From: Alloprevotella sp.
GTDB taxonomy: Bacteria > Actinomycetota > Coriobacteriia > Coriobacteriales > Coriobacteriaceae
Length of the DNA stretch: 64,000 nucleotides
Assembly (NCBI GenBank): GCA_963628025.1
Contig: CAVGCW010000036.1
Coordinates: forward strand, 37,896-101,895
Reading direction: 5' to 3'
Both the position numbers and the translations under genes were made by a program. Shown one piece after another: positions 1 through 8,769 of the stretch (positions are counted from its first letter, which is position 1; each line of letters opens with the position of its first letter). The notes beneath the pieces were generated by a model. The model did not search any database. It worked only from the letters and a program-made list of their open reading frames with translations, and was not told the DNA's origin.

Positions 1-106
1 GAAAAATCAAAAAAATCTGAAATAGCTCTTGCATAGTTAGTTATATAAAGTATTATAACGTCATGGGATGAATGAAGGGTTCATCCAAGTGAGTTAGGAG
101 TAAGGG

Positions 107-1141
107 ATGTTCAATTTCGATGAGCCTCGTTACGAGAAGGTTGTGAGCGATGCCCTCGCTCTCCGTCCTCAGATTGAGGCTGCCGTGGACAAGGTCTGCG
201 AGCAGGGTTATTCCAACATCTTCTTCATCGGCTGCGGCGGCACCTGGGCCCACACGCTCCCGATGAAGTATTGGGTCGAGACCACCACGGCCGACGTCGA
301 CGTCCACTGCGAGATTGCCGCTGAGTTCCTCGCATGCCCGCCCAAGACCTTCAACAAGGACTCGGTCTGCGTCTTCTCCACCCGTACCGGCACCACCCCC
401 GAGATCATCGAGGCCGCCAAGTTCTGCCAGGAGCAGGGTGCCCGCACGCTGATGTATGTCTCCAACGACAACACCCCGGCCACTGAGTACGCCGATTACA
501 AGTTCTTCAGCTTCGCCGAGGACGACGTTCTGTGCGAGGCCATCTACACCTACCAGATCACGCTGGTCGCCCGCTTCCTCAAGAACGCCGGCGCCTTCCC
601 CAAGTACGACACCTTCATGGAGGAGTTCGGCAACATCGCTCCGTACCTCATCAAGGCCAAGGACGCTCAGGACGAGCGCTGCGCCGCCATGGCCGAGGAC
701 TTCAAGGACACCGATTACCACATGGTGATTGGCTCCGGCATGCTCTGGGGTGAGGCCTACGACTACGCTATGTGCATTCTCGAGGAGATGCAGTGGATCA
801 AGACCAAGTCTATCCACGCCGCCGAGTTCTTCCACGGCACCATCGAGCTGTGCGAGGAGGGCACGAGCCTCATCATGCTCTACGGCGAGGACGACACCCG
901 TAAGCTCATGGACCGCGTGGACAACTTCACTCACATGCTCGCCGACGAGAAGGGCGTCCATGTCCGCGTGAACAAGTTCGACACCGCCGAGGTCGAGCTG
1001 CCGTTCAGCGACCCCGAGTTCCGCAAGATCGTTTCCCCGATGGTCACCTACACCATCACCGAGCGTCTGAGCTGCCATCTCGAGCACGTCCGTAACCACC
1101 CGCTCACCACACGTCGTTACTATCACCAGATGAACTACTAA
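107..1141 (+). CDS. SIS-domain sugar-phosphate isomerase/deglycase (FrlB/GfrE-like)
   Basis: 344-aa ORF with AGGAG about 10 nt upstream of the ATG. Has an FFIGCGGTW-type SIS phosphosugar loop. Co-oriented with man-family PTS IIC/IID genes. Confidence 0.8.
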   Translation: MFNFDEPRYEKVVSDALALRPQIEAAVDKVCEQGYSNIFFIGCGGTWAHTLPMKYWVETTTADVDVHCEIAAEFLACPPKTFNKDSVCVFSTRTGTTPEIIEAAKFCQEQGARTLMYVSNDNTPATEYADYKFFSFAEDDVLCEAIYTYQITLVARFLKNAGAFPKYDTFMEEFGNIAPYLIKAKDAQDERCAAMAEDFKDTDYHMVIGSGMLWGEAYDYAMCILEEMQWIKTKSIHAAEFFHGTIELCEEGTSLIMLYGEDDTRKLMDRVDNFTHMLADEKGVHVRVNKFDTAEVELPFSDPEFRKIVSPMVTYTITERLSCHLEHVRNHPLTTRRYYHQMNY

Positions 1142-1213
1142 TCCTCTCAAATTGCTGCGGTTGTCTGCAGGCGAGCTGCGCAGAACGCCTCGCCTGCAGA
1201 CCTGTTTCTGGGG

Positions 1214-1996
1214 TTGATTGAAATGGTTGTCCAGTATCTTCTAGTTGCACTGGTCGCATTTATTGCGTCCATGGACGAGCAATTATTTGGCATTACGATG
1301 CTTGGTCGTCCGCTGTTTACAAGCCTGTTTGTCGGCTTGATCCTTGGCGATGTCCAGCAGGGCGTTATCGTCGGCGCTGCTTTGGAGTCCATGTTCATGG
1401 GCGCCATCATGGTCGGCGCGGCGGTTCCTCCCGAGGTCTATGCCTCCGGCGTGCTTGGCTGCGCGTTTGCCGTCATTACGGGTACGGGCACGGCAACTGC
1501 CGTCGCGCTCGCCCTTCCCGTCTCCGTCTTCCTTCAGGTGTGGCGCAACTTCTGCTACGCCGTTCCGGGTGCCTTTGCCTGCAAGAAGATTGAGACCGCT
1601 CTGGCAAATCGCGATCTTGCCAAGGCGAACCTGTACCATCTGACCGTCGTGCCGCTGTCGATTGGCATTCCGTCTGCACTGCTGGTGTTTTGCTCGCTGT
1701 TCTTTGGTGCCGACCTCATCAACAATGCGCTCAACGCGATTCCGCAGTTTGTGATGGACGGCCTCAACGTTGCATCCGGCGTCATGGTCTGCATCGGCTT
1801 CGCACTTCTTATCAGGACCATGGGTGATAACAAGCTGCTTCCTTGGCTGTTCCTGGGATTCATTATGGTCATCTACCTCAAGATGGACGTTATCGGCGTC
1901 GCCGCAGCTGCCATTTGCGTCGCACTGCTCCTGGCCTTCCGCGAGGGCTCGTCCGGTCCGCAGGCGGTTGCCGAGGATAAAGAGGAGGACTTCTAA
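1214..1996 (+). CDS. PTS mannose/fructose/sorbose-family EIIC component
   Basis: 260-aa polytopic membrane ORF with a typical ManY/AgaC-like N-terminus. Start is uncertain: TTG at 1214 or ATG at 1223. Confidence 0.85.
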   Translation: MIEMVVQYLLVALVAFIASMDEQLFGITMLGRPLFTSLFVGLILGDVQQGVIVGAALESMFMGAIMVGAAVPPEVYASGVLGCAFAVITGTGTATAVALALPVSVFLQVWRNFCYAVPGAFACKKIETALANRDLAKANLYHLTVVPLSIGIPSALLVFCSLFFGADLINNALNAIPQFVMDGLNVASGVMVCIGFALLIRTMGDNKLLPWLFLGFIMVIYLKMDVIGVAAAAICVALLLAFREGSSGPQAVAEDKEEDF

Positions 1997-2844
1997 TGGC
2001 TACCCAGAACACCGACCTCAAAGAGGCCAAGAAGGACACGATTATGAGCCCCGATATGTATCGGAGCATGTTCCTTCGCCAGTTTACGAGCCAGTGCTCG
2101 CAGTCGTACGACAAGATGATGGCAATGGGCTTCATGTACACCATTCAGAAGCCCCTGCGAAAGATCTATCCCAACGACGACGATTACTATGCGGCGCTCG
2201 ATCGCCATACCGAGTTCTTTAACATCACGCCTCATGTGCTTCCGTTTGTAGCCGGCCTAACGGTTTCGATGGAAGAGCAGGCGGCTGCCGATAAGAACTT
2301 TGACACGTCCTCGATTAACGCCATGAAGGTCGGCCTCATGGGACCGCTTTCCGGCATCGGCGATTCGTTCTACTGGGGTACGTTCCGCGTGGTCGCCGCC
2401 GGCATTGGTATTGGCATCGCGTCGACGGGCAACCCGCTCGGCCCCATCGTGTACGCACTCATCTACTCGGTGATTAACTTTGCAACGCGTATCGTCGCCG
2501 CCCATCTGGGATACGACCTGGGAACCAAGTTCCTGCAGCAGTCCGAAGAGAACAACCTTATGTCTCGCATGACGCATGCTGCCGGTGTCCTCGGAATGAC
2601 CGTCATTGGCGCCATGATTGCGGCGCAGGTCTCGCTGTCCACTGCTTTGACCTTTGATGTGGGTGGTTCGGAGATTGTCCTGCAGGATCTGTTCGATTCG
2701 ATCTTCCCCGGCCTGCTGCCCTTGCTGGCAACGTTCGCTTGCGTTGCCCTGTACAAAAAGGGTGTCAAGACCATTTGGATTATTATTGGCATCTTCGCGA
2801 TCTGCATCATCGGAACGGGCTTGGGAGTGTTCGCGGCGGCGTAA
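1996..2844 (+). CDS. PTS mannose-family EIID component
   Basis: 282-aa ORF whose start overlaps the IIC stop (TAATG). Has the conserved IID N-terminal cytoplasmic region followed by TM segments. Confidence 0.9.
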   Translation: MATQNTDLKEAKKDTIMSPDMYRSMFLRQFTSQCSQSYDKMMAMGFMYTIQKPLRKIYPNDDDYYAALDRHTEFFNITPHVLPFVAGLTVSMEEQAAADKNFDTSSINAMKVGLMGPLSGIGDSFYWGTFRVVAAGIGIGIASTGNPLGPIVYALIYSVINFATRIVAAHLGYDLGTKFLQQSEENNLMSRMTHAAGVLGMTVIGAMIAAQVSLSTALTFDVGGSEIVLQDLFDSIFPGLLPLLATFACVALYKKGVKTIWIIIGIFAICIIGTGLGVFAAA

Positions 2845-2889
2845 TGTTGACTGCTATGCTCGCGCGTTGGATAACTAACTGTCCGTTTG

Positions 2890-2927
2890 AAAACGGGGTT
2901 CGGCGTAAGGCCGGCCCCGTTTTTTGT
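2890..2927 (+). terminator. rho-independent terminator after the PTS operon
   Basis: acgggg...ccccgt GC-rich stem followed by TTTTTGTTT. Confidence 0.6.
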
Positions 2928-2978
2928 TTGAGGGATTTTCCGACCGTCCAAAAATCCACGCTCGTCCATCACTCACGT

Positions 2979-3216
2979 ATCTCTCATCTCTCATTTGTTA
3001 CTAATACGAGAGATGGCACAAAGACGAGAGATAATTACGAGAGATAACTGATCAGCAAAGAGACAGGCAATCATGGTATTGTCTCAATACTGATTGTTCT
3101 ACCAGCAAAAACATGTTTAAATGAAACAAATGGCAGACATCTTATCTTTCATCTCTCACTTATCTCTAATATGAGAGATAGCAGTAAGATGAGAGATAAT
3201 TACGAGAGATAACTGA
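2979..3216. repeat. AT-rich array of GAGAGAT / ATCTCTC heptamers, including a 26-nt exact direct repeat
   Basis: Forward GAGAGAT at 3008, 3026, 3039, 3173, 3191 and 3204. Reverse ATCTCTC at 2979, 2986 and 3151. gagagataattacgagagataactga is exact at 3026-3051 and 3191-3216. Confidence 0.8.
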
Positions 3217-3268
3217 GAGACGAAGGAAATCTATTCGCGGCATTCTCCGCCGGGCCGAGCGAAAGGAC

Positions 3269-4741
3269 ATGCAGATGAACGAAAACGAGCTGACCGGTCT
3301 GCTCGAGTCTTTAAAGCGCATGGGCTCGGACGATCTTAACGTCGAGGTCAAGGAGAGCGCCACGACGCTTTCCCGCGACGTATGGGAAACGGTTAGCGCA
3401 TTCGCGAATACCGCTGGCGGAATTATCGTGCTCGGCGTGAGCGAGCGCGCGGGCTTTGTCCCGGTTGAGAACTTTGAGACCGAGAAGGTGCTCAACCAAT
3501 TCGTAGCGGGCATGGGTGATGCCGGCGGTCGCGGAAAACTGGCCAATCCGCCCAAATACACCATTGAACGCGTGGAGCTCCAGGGCACCGTGGTTCTGGT
3601 CATCACGATTGAGGAGCTCGACCCGTCGAGCAGGCCGTGTTATGTCATAGAGCGGGGCGCTCAAGGCGGCAGCTACAAACGCATCGATGACAAAGATGTT
3701 CCGCTCTCGTCGACCGAGGTCCTGTCCTTGTCATCGTATGAACGGACGAGCCCCAGTGATCGCGACGCAGTGCCGGGCGCGGGTGTGGGCGACCTCGACG
3801 AGGCCCTGATCGACCGCACGATAGAGCGTGCTTTCTCGCTGACGCCCCGAGCTATGCACGGTGCGACGGACAAGAAAACAAAGCTGGAGCGCCTGAATTT
3901 CCTCGATTCCCAAGGCAACGTGACTAAGGCCGGACTCCTGGTTGCGGGCGCCTATCCTCAGCAGTTCTACCCCAAGCTCTTTATCGATGTGGCGGTCTAT
4001 GCCGGAACGCAGAAGGGCGCGGCGGGGTCGTTGAGGTTCATGGACCGTACGATCTGCGAGGGAACGTTGGGCGAAATGATCTCGGATGCCGTCGCGGCGG
4101 TCGCCAAGAATTTGCGACGAACCTCGATGATCAAAGGCGTCTCGCGTGTCGACTCGCTGGAGATTCCCGAGGAGGTCCTGCGCGAGGCAATTGCCAACGC
4201 CGTAATCCACCGAGAATACGGAGACCGGTTCTGTGGGCAGTCGATCGCTGTTGACGTCTTTGATGACCGTATCGAGGTGACGAACCCCGGCGGCCTATAC
4301 GGAGGAAAGACTCGCGAGAACCTGTTTGACGGCAGCTCCCGATGCCGTAACGCGACGCTCGTGAAACTCATGTCGATTGTCCCGCTGCCGGATGGCGCAG
4401 GTTCGCCGGCTGAGGGCAATGGCTCGGGCATCCCGATGATGATCGATGCCATGCGCGCGCATGGTCTGGCCGAGCCCCTGTTCTGCCCGGGGTTCGATCG
4501 GTTCAAGGTCGTACTTTACCGTTCAAAGATCGAGCCGGTCGATCATGGCGGGGGCTTAATTGTGACGGCACTCAAACATTACGGCGAGCTGGGGACGCGT
4601 GAGCTGGCAGAGCGCACGGGGCTCACAATTTCCCAGGTTAGGTCGCGCGTCAACGCGCTCATTGCTCAAGGCGAGCTTGAGCCCACGGCGCCGGCGACGA
4701 GCCGCAACCGCAAGTATCGACTGTTGGAGCGCGTGGAATAA
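3269..4741 (+). CDS. AlbA_2 (Schlafen-like) domain protein with RecG-like HATPase_c_4 and C-terminal wHTH; putative DNA-binding regulator
   Basis: 490-aa ORF. N-terminal EVKES...SAFANTAGGIIVLGV pattern, central NPGGLYGG...RCRNATL...GSGIPMMIDAM pattern, and a C-terminal wHTH-like tail. Confidence 0.7.
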   Translation: MQMNENELTGLLESLKRMGSDDLNVEVKESATTLSRDVWETVSAFANTAGGIIVLGVSERAGFVPVENFETEKVLNQFVAGMGDAGGRGKLANPPKYTIERVELQGTVVLVITIEELDPSSRPCYVIERGAQGGSYKRIDDKDVPLSSTEVLSLSSYERTSPSDRDAVPGAGVGDLDEALIDRTIERAFSLTPRAMHGATDKKTKLERLNFLDSQGNVTKAGLLVAGAYPQQFYPKLFIDVAVYAGTQKGAAGSLRFMDRTICEGTLGEMISDAVAAVAKNLRRTSMIKGVSRVDSLEIPEEVLREAIANAVIHREYGDRFCGQSIAVDVFDDRIEVTNPGGLYGGKTRENLFDGSSRCRNATLVKLMSIVPLPDGAGSPAEGNGSGIPMMIDAMRAHGLAEPLFCPGFDRFKVVLYRSKIEPVDHGGGLIVTALKHYGELGTRELAERTGLTISQVRSRVNALIAQGELEPTAPATSRNRKYRLLERVE

Positions 4742-4841
4742 ATGCGTTAGCGGACGAGGCGACCCAATAATCGACTCTCGATTGGCGCCCACTAAGGTTA
4801 AGCGGTTGTTGCCCAGTTGACGGTGATGCTAAAGACTCGGC

Positions 4842-5333
4842 TTACGCCGGCATGGCCGCGAACCCGTCCATCAAGAACAGCCTAAGAACCAGCTTGATGA
4901 CATATCCCGGTTTGACTTCAGCCGCGTCAAAGACATGGCGCTCGGCGAGCTCGCTGCAGTATGTATAGATGTCGCGGATAAGGTCTGCGCCCGAAAGCGT
5001 AAACATGTAGCCTGCGTCCGAAAGCGCATCGGGCGCGGCGGGCAACTTGGCCATATGGCAGAACGTTTGCAGGTCGGGCGCCATGGCGTCCTGGTAGCCA
5101 AGATGGCTACCGTCTTCTTGTGCGGCGAGTTCCAGCTGGCGTACTCGATCCAGCGCCGCCGCCAACACAAAGCTCGGCGTAGGCGCATTGACGTCCTGAG
5201 TGGTCGCCACAAGCCTGCCCGCCGCCTGCGTGACAAGCCAAGCGACCTCGCGCTGGCAACGCACGGCCTTGCGCGTCACCGGCTTGATGGACGAAGAAGA
5301 AACGCTCCCCTTAGGCGAATTCGAAGCAGCCAT
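4842..5333 (-). CDS. hypothetical protein
   Basis: 163-aa ORF with a GGGAGGG RBS just upstream of the ATG. No recognisable motif. Confidence 0.45.
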   Translation of the reverse strand: MAASNSPKGSVSSSSIKPVTRKAVRCQREVAWLVTQAAGRLVATTQDVNAPTPSFVLAAALDRVRQLELAAQEDGSHLGYQDAMAPDLQTFCHMAKLPAAPDALSDAGYMFTLSGADLIRDIYTYCSELAERHVFDAAEVKPGYVIKLVLRLFLMDGFAAMPA

Positions 5334-5453
5334 AAGACCCTCCCATGAACAATCCGGCCCAACAGGCCCGGATGAAACACGTGCTACATCAGTATACAGG
5401 GGAGTGGGGTAGCGGGGTACGAGCGCGCCAGCGGCAAACCGAGAGCATCAACG

Positions 5454-5876
5454 ATGCGCCGATCGCGGGATTCAGGGATCTTCTGGCCGGGCCAGGATCG
5501 GGTGAAGCAAGATCCCAATAAGACGTTTGTGCTTTCGGTCCATAACTCTAAAAAGAGCTTCTACACCGATGTGCCTCCGCTTTATTTGGAGGATGGTACG
5601 TGGGTCATTAAGTGCTCGGTTCAAGCGCCGGGTACCGTTGGTTTTCGAGACCAGAATTACAACCGTAAAATGCTCAACTGCATGGAATCTGGCGTCCCAG
5701 TCGGAGTCATATTTGCAACCGAGGTGGGCTATAAGGTGCTCGGCCTTGCGTTTGTTGAGCGGTTCGAGCCCGAAAACGGATGGTTTGGACCCAATACGGT
5801 GTTTCTTGAGGCCCATCGCATTGAGTTCGATCGCTCGGAAAAGAAGCGTGAAAAGGCGGGGTTTCTGCCGTATTAG
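5454..5876 (+). CDS. hypothetical protein, possibly an SRA/YDG-like (PUA-fold) modified-base reader domain
   Basis: 140-aa ORF. The pattern N..ML.CMESGVPVGVIF...GYKVLGLAFVERF resembles the SRA/YDG core (N..AL....PVRV....Y.Y.GLY.V). No nuclease domain is attached. Confidence 0.4.
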   Translation: MRRSRDSGIFWPGQDRVKQDPNKTFVLSVHNSKKSFYTDVPPLYLEDGTWVIKCSVQAPGTVGFRDQNYNRKMLNCMESGVPVGVIFATEVGYKVLGLAFVERFEPENGWFGPNTVFLEAHRIEFDRSEKKREKAGFLPY

Positions 5877-5998
5877 CGTATTTGGCTTTGGCATTCTTTG
5901 ACGATCGTGTTGTTTGATCGGATCGCGTGGCGATGCAATCTCGCGCATGACCGCCGGTGCATGCTCTTCCTGTTTTGTATAGCGAGAGGGGAGCGTGT

Positions 5999-6283
5999 AT
6001 GAGCTGGCGAGGCGATATTGCGATGGGGAAGTACGGAAAACTGCCGTGTGCCCTTATAGACAACAATATGTTTCCGAGCGTAGAGGTTGATTGCGGGTCG
6101 TTTGTCGTCACCTGCCCTTGCTGCGGCTCGCAAATACCGTGTCTCGACATTCGGTTCATCGATGCGCGCGACAGGTTCAGCGACGAAGTGAGAAAACAGA
6201 CAGGCGTTCATATGCCGGTGTATCCGGAGAAATGCCCCGTTTGTGGCCTCGATATCGTGTACGACGCCGGCGACGAGGGATAG
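5999..6283 (+). CDS. small zinc-ribbon protein (hypothetical)
   Basis: ATG at 5999 is preceded by GAGAGGGGAG. Two CxxC pairs are present (CPCCGS and CPVCG). The track ORF begins earlier, at GTG 5957. Confidence 0.4.
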   Translation: MSWRGDIAMGKYGKLPCALIDNNMFPSVEVDCGSFVVTCPCCGSQIPCLDIRFIDARDRFSDEVRKQTGVHMPVYPEKCPVCGLDIVYDAGDEG

Positions 6284-6321
6284 GTGATGCGGAGGAGCTG
6301 ACTGTGAAGGCCTCTCCGTCC

Positions 6322-7008
6322 CTACAAATAAATCCCCTCACCGAGCTGCTTGTGGAACTCGGCGTGATGGTCGCGTGCCCAGGTAAAGAGCGCCTGGTCA
6401 AAGTCGGTGCGCGTGGCCGGGACGCCAAAGACGCCGGCAACTTCAACGCGCACAAACTCCAGTGCCGGCAGCTTGTTGATGGCAGTGAGGGCAAACGGGG
6501 ACGAGGGCTCTTCGAACAGATAGCGGCTGCCTTGCAGCGCGTCACAACTGGTGCACGTGTTGCCGAGCGACGGGGCTTTGGAGGCTCGCGCACCTACGGG
6601 CTTGTAGCCGCAGCGCTTAGAAAGATAGTCGCGGATCTCGCCCGGCACGCAGCCAAGAGTGGGCACGATGGCGAGTGCGTTGGCATTGGCCGTGTCGATG
6701 GCAATGTGCCCGGCTTCGTTGGGCGCGTGCGCGATGGCGATGCTCTCGTCGCTACCGGTTCGATAGGGAATGCCGAAGGCCGCGACCGAGGTCTCTTTGT
6801 GACACTTCCAGCATTCGCGCTTGCCCAGTACTAGATATATATACGGCGCAGAGGGGTCGGATCGGTCAATACCGGGCAGCCACTCGGCAAAGGGCTCGGG
6901 GTTGACGCCGCTGGGTACATACCAGATCTTCTTGGTCCGGTCCCATTTGGCGCCCAACGCCTTGGCTTCTTCTTTGTGCGAAAAGGGAACATCGAGCTCG
7001 GTGCGCAT
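6322..7008 (-). CDS. DUF5710-domain protein
   Basis: N-terminus MRTELDVPFSHKEEAKALGAKWDRTKKIWYVP matches the DUF5710 signature. AAGGAG lies 6 nt upstream of ATG 7008. The 296-aa track ORF (to 7212) is an upstream over-extension. Confidence 0.65.
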   Translation of the reverse strand: MRTELDVPFSHKEEAKALGAKWDRTKKIWYVPSGVNPEPFAEWLPGIDRSDPSAPYIYLVLGKRECWKCHKETSVAAFGIPYRTGSDESIAIAHAPNEAGHIAIDTANANALAIVPTLGCVPGEIRDYLSKRCGYKPVGARASKAPSLGNTCTSCDALQGSRYLFEEPSSPFALTAINKLPALEFVRVEVAGVFGVPATRTDFDQALFTWARDHHAEFHKQLGEGIYL

Positions 7009-7233
7009 GGTGGCTCCTTGGTGCTGCAGGTGTAAGTGGCTCAAGGATACCGCAGGGCGCAGACATCGCGGCGTTTTGCTGAGAAGTTGCGGTGCGGACT
7101 GATTGGTTATGCCAATGGATAGATCGGCAAGTAGATGGTCGGCTTTTGGCCAGTTGGGCGGTTGGAGCTGCCAGCGGATTTGGCGACACAAAACAAAACA
7201 GCCCAGAGACATAACCTCTGAGCTGCGAACATT

Positions 7234-7308
7234 TGGTGGGCGTTAGAAGATTTGAACTTCTGACCTCTTCCGTGTCAGGGAAGCGCTCTCCCCCTGAGCT
7301 AAACGCCC
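7234..7308 (-). tRNA. tRNA-Val (anticodon GAC), CCA encoded
   Basis: Hand-folded cloverleaf: acceptor GGGCGTT/AACGCCC, anticodon arm CTTCC-CTGACAC-GGAAG, T arm AGAAG-TTCAAAT-CTTCT. Confidence 0.95.
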
Positions 7309-7597
7309 GATCAAGGGTGCGCAAGCGCGCAAGGGATAATATAACGGAGCCTGAACTCGGTGGCAAGAACATTTTTAAAAATCGCTTACATTGTGGAATT
7401 CGGGGGCTTTGTCATATCCATTTCAAAAGAGCCTGCTGCCGCGATTTGGCTGTCGCATAATGCAAGGCCATTGCGGTATCGAGCTACGGAAAGACGCCTG
7501 CGGAATTGTCCTACCGATAAGCGGACAAGCCTCCAGCTGGTGCCTTCGCCGTGGTAAGGTAAGCCGAATTGTTTCCAGGCTGTTTCGGGGGAGTGGA

Positions 7598-8620
7598 ATG
7601 AGCAAAGAGTGTGTCGAGCAGGTCGAAGGCGCGGGGGCTTCGGTGCCGATGACCGATATATCGAACATTGATGTGCCCGAGGGCACCGACGAGCTCAGCC
7701 GCAGCACCCGCCGTGCATGGCGCGACCGCCTGAACAGTGCCTCGACGCACAAGATGATTACGGGCGTTCTGGCCACGCTGGTGGGCGGTTCGTTTTGGGG
7801 TTTTTCGGGCACCAGCGCGAGCTTTCTGTTCGATACTTATCACGTTGATACCCTGTGGCTTATGAGTGTGCGCCAGATTCTCGCCGGCCTGCTCTTTATG
7901 GCCGTGGTGGTCACGCGCGATCGCGAGCGTCTGGTCAAGCTCTGGACCACGCCTGCCGACCGTAGGCAACTGCTGCTTTTTACCGCTTTTGGCCTGCTGT
8001 TCAACCAGTTCTGCTATCTTTCGGCCGTGCGTCTGACCAATGCCGGAACCGCGACGGTGCTTCAGTGCCTGCAGCTGGTCATCATCATGGGCTACACCTG
8101 CATCACCGATCGCCGCAAACCGCGCATGCGCGAGGTTATCGGTATCGGCCTGGCCCTTGGCGGCACGTTTTTGATCGCCACCGGCGGCGACCCCACGAGT
8201 CTGAGCATCTCGCCGCTCGGTCTGGTGGCGGGTCTTATGTGCGCGGTGAGCGCCACCTGCATGGCGGTGATTCCCGCCAAGATTCTGCCCGAATACGGCA
8301 GTCCCATCGTTACGGGTTCAGCCATGCTCACGGCTGGTATCATCACCTGCACCATCGTGCAGCCTTGGGCCCATATGCCGGCGCTCGATGCCGCCGGCGT
8401 CGAGGCGCTCGCGGTGTTCGTGGTTATCGGCTCGTTTTTTGCTTACATGCTCTATATGCAGGGCGTTAAGGACATCGGCTCGGTGCGTGCGAGCCTCATC
8501 GGAACTGTGGAGCCGGTTTCGGCGACCATCACCAGCGCCGTTATGCTGGGCACGGTGTTTTTGCCGACCGACCTTATCGGCTTTGCCATGATCATCGTGA
8601 TGATGTTCCTCACGGTGTAG
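7598..8620 (+). CDS. DMT-superfamily (EamA-type) transporter
   Basis: Ten-TM-like duplicated EamA architecture. ATG 7598 is preceded by GGGGAGTGG. The track ORF start at 7391 is an over-extension. Confidence 0.85.
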   Translation: MSKECVEQVEGAGASVPMTDISNIDVPEGTDELSRSTRRAWRDRLNSASTHKMITGVLATLVGGSFWGFSGTSASFLFDTYHVDTLWLMSVRQILAGLLFMAVVVTRDRERLVKLWTTPADRRQLLLFTAFGLLFNQFCYLSAVRLTNAGTATVLQCLQLVIIMGYTCITDRRKPRMREVIGIGLALGGTFLIATGGDPTSLSISPLGLVAGLMCAVSATCMAVIPAKILPEYGSPIVTGSAMLTAGIITCTIVQPWAHMPALDAAGVEALAVFVVIGSFFAYMLYMQGVKDIGSVRASLIGTVEPVSATITSAVMLGTVFLPTDLIGFAMIIVMMFLTV

Positions 8621-8769
8621 CTAGCGCCGCCGCCAAGACAGAAAAGGTGTTGTGCCGCATTTTCGCCAATTGATGTCCGTGTCTGGAGTTTAGCTGTCGA
8701 TGCTCAAAATGCCATAAACTAGTAACGTTATGGACTTTTTCATTGCGACTCAATTGCGAGGATTTCTTT

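Noticed and set aside
53-1150. Many very long ORFs lie opposite or overlapping well-supported genes. Examples: 53-1150(-), 8740-10149(-), 11496-12443(-), 12890-14074(+), 15970-17274(-), 21217-22197(-), 23707-25323(+), 25673-28432(-), 33673-35493(-), 42190-43569(-), 49596-50906(-), 59807-61339(-).
   Set aside because: These are typical antisense or off-frame shadow ORFs of GC-rich DNA. Their translations are low-complexity (rich in R, A, G, H, V). They lack an RBS and any motif, while the opposite-strand gene has clear family signatures.
4741-4841. Possible att-type repeat of the tRNA-Val 3' end (ggcgcccacta) at an internal islet position.
   Set aside because: Only about 7 nt match and the orientation is wrong for a direct repeat. 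This is indistinguishable from chance.
6322-7212. Full 296-aa version of the DUF5710 ORF, and the 7391 start of the DMT ORF.
   Set aside because: The upstream extensions lack an RBS and run into the tRNA-Val terminator or flank. Internal ATGs at 7008 and 7598 have strong RBSs and coincide with the start of recognisable domains.
7309-7597. Possible riboswitch in the ~200-nt leader of the DMT transporter gene.
   Set aside because: I compared it by eye with purine, guanidine-I/II/III, TPP and ZTP consensus features and found no convincing match. It cannot be supported without a covariance-model scan.
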